Translations under genes and position numbers: made by a program
Shown: positions 12,123-18,389 of the stretch, one piece after another
How positions within the stretch are numbered: position 1 is the first letter of the stretch
How the letters are laid out: every line of letters begins with the position of its first letter
The notes under the pieces: model-generated
The model's database searches: none
What the model was told of the DNA's origin: nothing
What the model saw: only the letters and a program-made list of their open reading frames with translations
From: a bacterium
GTDB lineage: Bacteria > UBA8248 > JACPRG01 > G963555815
NCBI GenBank assembly: GCA_963555815.3
Contig: CAUVWX020000001.1
Span: forward strand, 800,001-864,000
DNA: 64,000 bases
Direction: 5' to 3'

Positions 12123-12437
12123 TCAGCCCACGATCTCGCTGATCTGTATCTGGGGCTGAATGTCTGTGTAGTTCGGCATGTCGCCCACGACCTCTTTGCC
12201 GTGCGCCTCGCCCGCCTTGTGGAAGTCGGCGACGGAGTTGAAGTAGAGCTGGCCGATGCAGGCAAAGGGTGGGGCCTCGCCCGGCGCCCCTCCCGAAACG
12301 CCTTCATCGACCTCAGTGCGCACGAGGCCGAACTCTCCATATTGCTTGTGCACCAATGCCATGTGCTTCTTCACGTAGTACTTTACGTCAAACTTCTTGC
12401 CCTCTCCGCTCGGATACAGCACCGATACGCGAATCAT
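12123..12437 (-). CDS. EthD family protein
   Basis: MIRVSVLYP..FDVKYY..HMALV..DMPNYTDIQPQIQISE. Confidence 0.85.
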   Translation of the reverse strand: MIRVSVLYPSGEGKKFDVKYYVKKHMALVHKQYGEFGLVRTEVDEGVSGGAPGEAPPFACIGQLYFNSVADFHKAGEAHGKEVVGDMPNYTDIQPQIQISEIVG

Positions 12438-12546
12438 GAGAGACCTCCCGCTGTGGATGGAGCGACAAGGCTACACAAGAAGCTTTTGGTGACATTTTAC
12501 CCTAGGAACCCTGGCCGTGCCTGAAATTTCATCTGAGGTGTCCGCA

Positions 12547-13275
12547 TCAAGACCTCCGCTTTCCCCTTAGCCGAGGCGCGCTTTTCTCTCCGGGCAGGTT
12601 TTTTAAGGGATAGACGCATTCTTTCATAAGAGGGCATTCCCAACAGTGGGGTTTTCTCGCCTGGCAGATATATTTGCCGAACTTCCACATGTGGATGTGG
12701 GTGGAGTAGGCCTTTCCCGGCGGAAGGAGGGCGGCCATCTCAAAGTGGGCTTTTGCGGCCGAGCAATTTTCGGGGATGAGGCCGAGCCGCAGGCAAACCC
12801 GGTGGACGTGCGTGTCCACGGGAAACGCGTCCTTCTCGAAGGTGAACATCAGGACGACGCTCAGAGTTTTTGGGCCGATCCCTTTGAGGTGCCCAATAAC
12901 CTTCTGAGCCCCCTTCAGATCTAGATCTTTCAGGAAGTCGGCGGAAAGCTCCCCGTGGGTCTTTTTTAGCCAGCGCAAAAGATCCCGAATGCGGCGGCTT
13001 TTTTGCCCCGCCAGGCCCCCCGGTCGGATGGCTTTTTCGATGGCCCGGGGGGAGGCGCGCATAACGTCTTCCCAGCTGGAAAAACGCTCCCGTAGGCGCC
13101 CGTAGGCCAGGTCGCGGTTCGCGTCCGTCGTATTTTGGGAGAGCATGGTGAGGATGAGGGAGCTCAGGGGGTCTCGCCCGTCCGGCCGCCACCTGACCGG
13201 CCTAAAGAGCGAGGACAGGACAGAGATGACCCGCCGGGTCTTTCTCTTCAGTTCAGGACGGGTAGGGGTCGCCAT
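12547..13275 (-). CDS. nth: Endonuclease III-family HhH-GPD DNA glycosylase with 4Fe-4S motif
   Basis: LSQNTTD, KGIGPKT (HhH), FPVDTHVHR, C-x6-C-x2-C-x5-C. Confidence 0.9.
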   Translation of the reverse strand: MATPTRPELKRKTRRVISVLSSLFRPVRWRPDGRDPLSSLILTMLSQNTTDANRDLAYGRLRERFSSWEDVMRASPRAIEKAIRPGGLAGQKSRRIRDLLRWLKKTHGELSADFLKDLDLKGAQKVIGHLKGIGPKTLSVVLMFTFEKDAFPVDTHVHRVCLRLGLIPENCSAAKAHFEMAALLPPGKAYSTHIHMWKFGKYICQARKPHCWECPLMKECVYPLKNLPGEKSAPRLRGKRRS

Positions 13276-13336
13276 GGCGATTATATAGTTAACAAACCCA
13301 CTATTAGTTTAAAGCATTGAATGCATTTATAATTAC

Positions 13337-13486
13337 TCATTTCTTCTTACGCCCTTTCCCGCCCTTTTTCGGCTTGTTTGGTGGTGGCTTCGCCTTCAAG
13401 AGGTCGCTGACCACCTCCTCAAAGGGCAAGCCCTCAAAGGAAAGAGGCCCCTTATCCCCCCTTTTGGATCTTTTCGTCTGAGCCAT
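13337..13486 (-). CDS. 49-aa basic micro-protein (IS passenger)
   Basis: Hand translation MAQTKRSKRGDKGPLSFEGLPFEEVVSDLLKAKPPPNKPKKGGKGRKKK; GGGGGA SD-like upstream; below the ORF-track cutoff. Confidence 0.65.
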   Translation of the reverse strand: MAQTKRSKRGDKGPLSFEGLPFEEVVSDLLKAKPPPNKPKKGGKGRKKK

Positions 13487-13581
13487 CACACATCCCCCAA
13501 AAAAGCTATCAGTTTTTTCTTAACACAGGTTGATTAGACTACTAGTATTAGACTAGCCTTACAGTTCTGAAAGGGGGAACC

Positions 13582-14031
13582 ATGATTAGACTTTGGATAG
13601 GTGATGTGAAAGTTGAGTGCGACACCCCTGCGGAGGCCTCCGAAATTGTCCGGCTGGTGGGGTCTCAGAGGCAGAGGCGCTCTTCTCAGAGGTTTCCATC
13701 CGAACTTCTTCAGAATTTAGCAGCCGGGCTTTCATCTGCCCCTCCACATGGGCTTGAGGTTCCGTTTCTCCAGACAATCACAGCGTCTGGGAAAGGGGTC
13801 TCTTCGAAAGACCTCGCCTCAACGCTGGGAGTAAAAAAAACGACCGCTTTGGGCCCCATTTCCAGAGCCACAGAAAAGACGTTGAGGAGCATAGGGGAAG
13901 AGCCCCGGGATGTCTATGGGATTGACAGAGAAGGACAAGTCCCTTTATGGGTTCCTGGCCCTAGAGCAAAAGAGGCTTTGAGAAAGATGGAAGGATCTGA
14001 AGGAGATCAAATGCACAGACCCCAAAAGTAA
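13582..14031 (+). CDS. Hypothetical protein, possible C-terminal winged HTH (IS passenger)
   Basis: AAGGGGG SD; GVSSKDLASTLGVK..ALGPI helix-turn-helix-like pattern. Confidence 0.6.
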   Translation: MIRLWIGDVKVECDTPAEASEIVRLVGSQRQRRSSQRFPSELLQNLAAGLSSAPPHGLEVPFLQTITASGKGVSSKDLASTLGVKKTTALGPISRATEKTLRSIGEEPRDVYGIDREGQVPLWVPGPRAKEALRKMEGSEGDQMHRPQK

Positions 14032-14137
14032 AACAGCCCCCGCCAGCTGATACTGGCGAGGGCTATTATACAGGAGAACCCCGGAGGGCCTCTCCCTTAC
14101 ACATATTCACTTTAGGCCCTCTCGGTCCTCCTGTCAA
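14024..14137 (-). ncRNA. Candidate ~80-nt sRNA unit (promoter plus terminator)
   Basis: TTGACA(14137-14132)-N17-TAAAGT(14114-14109); hairpin 14035-14064 followed by GTTTTACTTTT on the minus strand. Confidence 0.4.
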
Positions 14138-14216
14138 GGAGGCAATCGTGAGGGCCTTTCTGTTTATGTGGCCCGGACCCATCCGTGCACCAACCCTTTC
14201 CTAAAAACGGGTCGGT

Positions 14217-14305
14217 GCGCCAGTGGTGGAATCGGTAGACACGGCGGGTCTGGGACCCGCCATTTAGCGAGGATATGTTGGTTCGAATCCGGCCTAGCGC
14301 TCCCA
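14217..14305 (+). tRNA. Atypical tRNA-like element: Leu-type body, TGG (Pro) anticodon, possibly pseudo
   Basis: Acceptor GCGCCAG/CTAGCGC (1 mismatch), D-arm GTG-GAATCGGTAGA-CAC, anticodon stem GCGGG/CCCGC with loop TC-TGG-GA, 16-nt variable region, T-arm GTTGG-TTCGAAT-CCGGC, 3' TCCCA. Confidence 0.7.
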
Positions 14306-14352
14306 CTCTATTTTTTCACTGGTCTTTTAGATAGTCAAATACATCAAGAGAG

Positions 14353-15279
14353 GTGGATGTTATGGAAACCGACATCACCAAATTGGCCGAGTATTTCTCG
14401 GATGAGAAAAAGGCCATTGAGCTAATCGAAAGGCTCCGCTGGCCTGGGGGCCCTGTCTGCCCCCATTGTGAGTCGAAAAAAGCCTATCGGCTTCGAGTAA
14501 AGAGCTTAAGGCGGAAACTGTGGAAATGTGCCAAGTGCCGAAAACAGTTTTCGGTGATGGTGGGAACCATCTTTGAGGATTCCCATATACCCCTTAAAAA
14601 GTGGCTGGTGGCAATCTATCTTATGTGTTCCTCGAAGAAGGGCATTAGTGCTAATCAGCTTCATCGGAGCCTCAAGCTAACTTACAAATCTACCTGGTTC
14701 ATGTGCCATCGAATCAGATATGCCATGAGTCAGCCACTACTAGCAGACAAACTCAAAGGAATCATAGAGGCCGATGAGACCTACATTGGCGGAAAAGCGA
14801 GGGGGACGGTCGGACGAGGGGCAGACAAAAAGGTTCCGGTCCTGGCCCTAATTGAACGTGGCGGTAGGGCAAGGTCTTTTCTATTGCCTAATGTGGGCGG
14901 GGGGACAATCCGTTCCTTAATCAAAGGTCATGTAGAAATCGAGGCGGAGATTATGACAGACCAGTTTCCCTCCTACAAAGGGCTAGGCAAGCATTTTGCG
15001 GGCCACCATGTTGTTGAACACGGAAAGCAATATGTCCGAGGCATTGTGCACACCAACTTCGCTGAGAGCTATTTTAGCCTCCTCAAGCGGGGCATTATGG
15101 GCACCTTTCACCATGTCAGCGAAAAGCATCTGCCTTTCTACCTGGCCGAGTTTGACTTTAGGTGGAATGAGCGAGAACTTTTAGATGGAGACAGAACCGC
15201 AGAGGCCATCAAATGTATCGAGGGAAAAAGGTTGACCTATAAACAGCCAAGGAAAAGACAAAACAGGAAATCTTGGTAG
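14353..15279 (+). CDS. IS1595-family (ISXO2-like) DDE transposase
   Basis: Zn ribbon CPHC..CAKC; EADETYIGG; IMTD; HTNFAESYFSLLKRGIMGTFHHVSEKHL..YLAEFDFRWN. Confidence 0.95.
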   Translation: MDVMETDITKLAEYFSDEKKAIELIERLRWPGGPVCPHCESKKAYRLRVKSLRRKLWKCAKCRKQFSVMVGTIFEDSHIPLKKWLVAIYLMCSSKKGISANQLHRSLKLTYKSTWFMCHRIRYAMSQPLLADKLKGIIEADETYIGGKARGTVGRGADKKVPVLALIERGGRARSFLLPNVGGGTIRSLIKGHVEIEAEIMTDQFPSYKGLGKHFAGHHVVEHGKQYVRGIVHTNFAESYFSLLKRGIMGTFHHVSEKHLPFYLAEFDFRWNERELLDGDRTAEAIKCIEGKRLTYKQPRKRQNRKSW

Positions 15280-15314
15280 TGGGTCGTTTTGAGAGGTTCT
15301 AAGGACCAGGTGGG

Positions 15315-15350
15315 GCTTGCGAAATGTCAATTAATTGACATTTCGCAAGC
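15315..15350. repeat. Perfect 36-bp spacerless palindrome
   Basis: GCTTGCGAAATGTCAATT|AATTGACATTTCGCAAGC. Confidence 0.95.
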
Positions 15351-15359
15351 TGGATGGGG

Positions 15360-15610
15360 TTATTTGAGGGACAGAAGGTGTTTTTTGGCGCAGTTTAAGT
15401 CAATTTAGAGATAGTTGATCATCTGTTTAATATGACCAATCTCAATTTCCGGATTTTCACTATTTCGTGGTCCCATTGGGAAACTCCGATATATTTTTCC
15501 ACCATAGCTTATCCAAATTCTATGCTCCTTTACCTGTCAGGTGTGTTCTGGCGCACATTCCTTTAGCATTTTTTGATTTTTCTTATACGAGCCGTGCCCC
15601 TGGTAGTCAC
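15360..15610 (-). pseudogene. HicA-like toxin pseudogene (1 frameshift, 2 internal stops)
   Basis: Reconstruction: MTTRGTARIRKIKK/MLKECAPEHT*QVKEHRIWISYGGKIYRSFPMGPRNSENPEIEIGHIKQMINYL*IDLNCAKKHLLSLK; begins 3 nt after the upstream gene's stop. Confidence 0.55.
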
Positions 15611-15613
15611 GGC

Positions 15614-16090
15614 TCAAGCAGCTAATGCTTTCTCTAGGTCTAAGATGTTGTTTTTTGCCGCCAGCTTTCCGACCCTTCTAATTTCAGGATAAGCAGATAA
15701 TTCAGCCTTCCGTCTAATCATTCCTTCGACCTGAATATCGCCGCTTCTAACCCTCTCGACAGCCTTCCACCATTTCTTGTCTGCATCCTTGGAGGTTTCC
15801 CCAACAAACCTGTGGACCTCTCTTTTAAAAGCGGAAAAATCTGCTGAACCCGCTGAAATATCAAACAAAACGGCTTTGAACGTTTGGAGGATTTGAAGAT
15901 AAGCCTCTCCCTCGTTCTTACCACTACCAGCGATGTCTCCTGGCTGAACGCCATACATCCAAACGTCTTCTTTTCCTTCCTGCACGGCAAGAACTCGCCC
16001 GCGAATATATACATCAACTAAAAACCCATTTCCTTCCACTTTTTCTCTAAAAGTCAAGAATAGTGGCAAATGGCCTCTGGCTGCAGCCAT
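15614..16090 (-). CDS. Hypothetical protein, HicB-like antitoxin candidate
   Basis: AGGAGG SD; VWMYGVQPGDIAGSGKNEGEAY resembles the HicB N-terminal P-G-x3-G-x3-E-A motif. Confidence 0.55.
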   Translation of the reverse strand: MAAARGHLPLFLTFREKVEGNGFLVDVYIRGRVLAVQEGKEDVWMYGVQPGDIAGSGKNEGEAYLQILQTFKAVLFDISAGSADFSAFKREVHRFVGETSKDADKKWWKAVERVRSGDIQVEGMIRRKAELSAYPEIRRVGKLAAKNNILDLEKALAA

Positions 16091-16136
16091 ACGCTACCTC
16101 CTTTTGGGTATTCTCGAATTTCCCAGAATAGCAATG

Positions 16137-16165
16137 AGTATATCTCTACCAACTATGGCTGTCAA
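16137..16165 (-). promoter_or_regulatory. Sigma70 promoter for the HicB-like gene
   Basis: TTGACA-N17-TATACT. Confidence 0.7.
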
Positions 16166-16223
16166 TGGTGCTTTTGTGGAGGGAATTTCATGGGGGCATG
16201 GCGGATTTCCTCCAAGTGGGGTC

Positions 16224-16322
16224 TTGACAAACCAACCCCTTTTCCGTAAATTCCCCTACGGTGAAGGAAATCTCTTAGTCTTTTGTGGCCGGAAACCGCT
16301 GGCGGGCGGTTCCGGCCTTTTT
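16224..16322 (+). ncRNA. Candidate ~65-nt sRNA unit (promoter plus intrinsic terminator)
   Basis: TTGACA(16224)-N17-TAAATT(16247); hairpin GGCCGGAAACCGC/GCGGTTCCGGCC 16287-16317 then T5. Confidence 0.45.
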
Positions 16323-16535
16323 GCTATTAGGGCCGGATCCTCTGCTTCCTTCTACAACTCCTCGTTCACCAAATAAAATATAGCCTAGAATGGTGCGCCC
16401 GTCAATGGTTGTCCTTTTGGGTTTGTGAAAGGGATAATCGCCGTCGCCATAGGCGAAAATGTCACAAAAGTAAGGGTTTAGGCCCATATTGTGTGTTTCT
16501 CCACAGGGTTTTCCACAAGATGTGGAAATAACCCC

Positions 16536-18389
16536 CTACTGGCGCTTTTTAGGGGCCGGGGTTGTAGAGACTGGCCCGCGCTCTTTGGGCAGGGCTGGTT
16601 CCTGGCCTTTGTATTGTAGGTTATACAGACGGGCGTAGATCCCGCCCATCCGAAGAAGCTCCTCATGGGCCCCCACCTCTCGGACCTCCCCTCGGTGGAG
16701 GACGATGATCCGGTCGGACCGCTTGACCGTCGAAAGGCGGTGGGCGATGACCAGGGTGGTGGTCTTTCCAAAGAAACGACTAAGGGCCCTTTGGACATAA
16801 AATTCCGTAGAGGCGTCCAGGTTGGAGGTGGCCTCGTCGATGAGGAGGATCTGGGGCGAGCGAGCGACGGCCCGGGCCAGGGACAGGAGCTGTCGCTCAC
16901 CGGCCGAGAGGTTATAGCCGCGCTCACGGATGGGTTCCCCGTAGCCACCCGGAAACCTTCGGATGAATTCATCGACTCCGACGGCGGCGCCGACCGCCTC
17001 AAGATCCTCATCGGAGATGGACTCATCCCCCAGGCGGATGTTCCGGGCTACGTCCCCCGAAAAGAGAAAGATATCTTGCATGGCAAGGCCGATTTGCCGG
17101 CGGAGTTTTTGGGCGGGGATCTCCCGGATGTCTACCCCATCGAGGAGGATGCGGCCCCGCTGGATCTCGTAGAGACGGCTGAGAAGCTTGAAGAGGGTCG
17201 ATTTCCCAGCCCCCGTGGCCCCCACCAGTGCCACCGTCTCACCGGGTCCCACATGGAACGAAACGTCCCGAAGGACATCTTCCTTCCCGTCGTAAGAGAA
17301 CCAGACTCCCTCGAAGGAAATCCCGCTTTTGCCGTCCAAAGTCTGAACCTTCTTTGTGTCTCCCACCAGCGCGGGGTCAGAGGGTTCGTCGAGGAGCCCA
17401 AAAATCCGCTCCAGGGCCGCCATGGCGGCCTGCATGATGGTGTACTTCGCGCTCAGGTCCATCAGGGGGGCGAAGAATTTTGCGATATACTCGATGAAAG
17501 CCACGAGGACGCCGAAGGTGACAACCCCCCGGACGATCTCCCCTCCCCCGTAGAAGAGGATGACGGCCACCATGATGGCCCCAGTGACCTCGACGAGGGC
17601 GAAGAGGCCGCCGTCGAAGATAATCGACCGAAGGCACTGGCTTCGATAGCCCCGGTTGAGGCCCCGAAAATCCCGATAGGTTTCCTGTTCCTTTCGAAAG
17701 AGCTGGACCACATCGACCCCGCAGATCTGATCCTGAAAGAAGGCGTTCAACTGCGAGAGCCTGGCCCTTATCGCCCGGAAGGTGTCCCGCACCTTGGGGC
17801 GAAGCCAAAGGGTCACCGCCAGGATCACCGGGATAGCCGAAAAGGTGATGAGGGCGATACGAGGTTCCAGCCAGAGCATGGCCCCCATGATCCCCAGGAG
17901 GAGAAAGAGATCTCCCAAGATGGAGATGACTCCGGAGTTGAACATCTCCTCGACCCCTTCCACGTCCGACGTCACGCGAGTCAACAAACGGCCGACGGGG
18001 TTTCGGTCAAAGAAGGCCTGGGGGAGGTCCTGAATGTGTCCGAAGAGGGAGGATCTAAGGCGATGGGTCACCCGCTGCCCTAAGAGCTGGAGCCAGTAGG
18101 TCTGAGCGAAGCGGACCCCCGCCACGGCCACGATCGCCAACAGATAAATGAGCGCGAGAGGGCCGAGGCCGGCTCCGCGGCCCGGCGTGATGTGGTCATC
18201 AATGACAACCTTGAGGAGATAGGGAGGGACCAGCTGCACGAATGCCGCGACGGGGATGATAGCGAGGATGAGGGCCAGCAGGGGGCGGTGCCGCCACACG
18301 TATTCCTTGACCAGACGTTTTATCAGGTGGCCGTCGTAGGCGCGCCCATCCTGCTCCTCCTGTGAGATTTTCTCCCAGAGTCGAGCCAT
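16536..18389 (-). CDS. ABC exporter TMD-NBD subunit (MdlB/YheH-like)
   Basis: GATGAGKST, LSAGERQ, LLIDEATS, IAHRLST. Confidence 0.92.
   Translation of the reverse strand: MARLWEKISQEEQDGRAYDGHLIKRLVKEYVWRHRPLLALILAIIPVAAFVQLVPPYLLKVVIDDHITPGRGAGLGPLALIYLLAIVAVAGVRFAQTYWLQLLGQRVTHRLRSSLFGHIQDLPQAFFDRNPVGRLLTRVTSDVEGVEEMFNSGVISILGDLFLLLGIMGAMLWLEPRIALITFSAIPVILAVTLWLRPKVRDTFRAIRARLSQLNAFFQDQICGVDVVQLFRKEQETYRDFRGLNRGYRSQCLRSIIFDGGLFALVEVTGAIMVAVILFYGGGEIVRGVVTFGVLVAFIEYIAKFFAPLMDLSAKYTIMQAAMAALERIFGLLDEPSDPALVGDTKKVQTLDGKSGISFEGVWFSYDGKEDVLRDVSFHVGPGETVALVGATGAGKSTLFKLLSRLYEIQRGRILLDGVDIREIPAQKLRRQIGLAMQDIFLFSGDVARNIRLGDESISDEDLEAVGAAVGVDEFIRRFPGGYGEPIRERGYNLSAGERQLLSLARAVARSPQILLIDEATSNLDASTEFYVQRALSRFFGKTTTLVIAHRLSTVKRSDRIIVLHRGEVREVGAHEELLRMGGIYARLYNLQYKGQEPALPKERGPVSTTPAPKKRQ

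Larger units (their letters stand above)
13276..16442. mobile_element. IS1595-family element with passenger genes, 3167 bp, 8-bp target-site duplication GTCGCCAT
   Basis: Left TIR 13276-13299 GGCGATTATATAGTTAACAAACCC; right TIR 16419-16442 reverse complement GGCGATTATCCCTTTCACAAACCC (19/24 identical); GTCGCCAT at 13268-13275 and 16443-16450; internal IS1595 transposase; visibly AT-richer than flanks. Confidence 0.93.

Noticed and set aside
14256..14263. CCCGCCAT in the tRNA-like RNA resembles the IS target GTCGCCAT (RNA-guided targeting idea)
   Set aside because: Only 6 contiguous matching bases, expected by chance; flanks do not extend the match.
14217..14305. tRNA as prophage or island integration site
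   Set aside because: No integrase and no duplicated tRNA 3' end seen; the element boundaries are explained by TIRs and target duplication.
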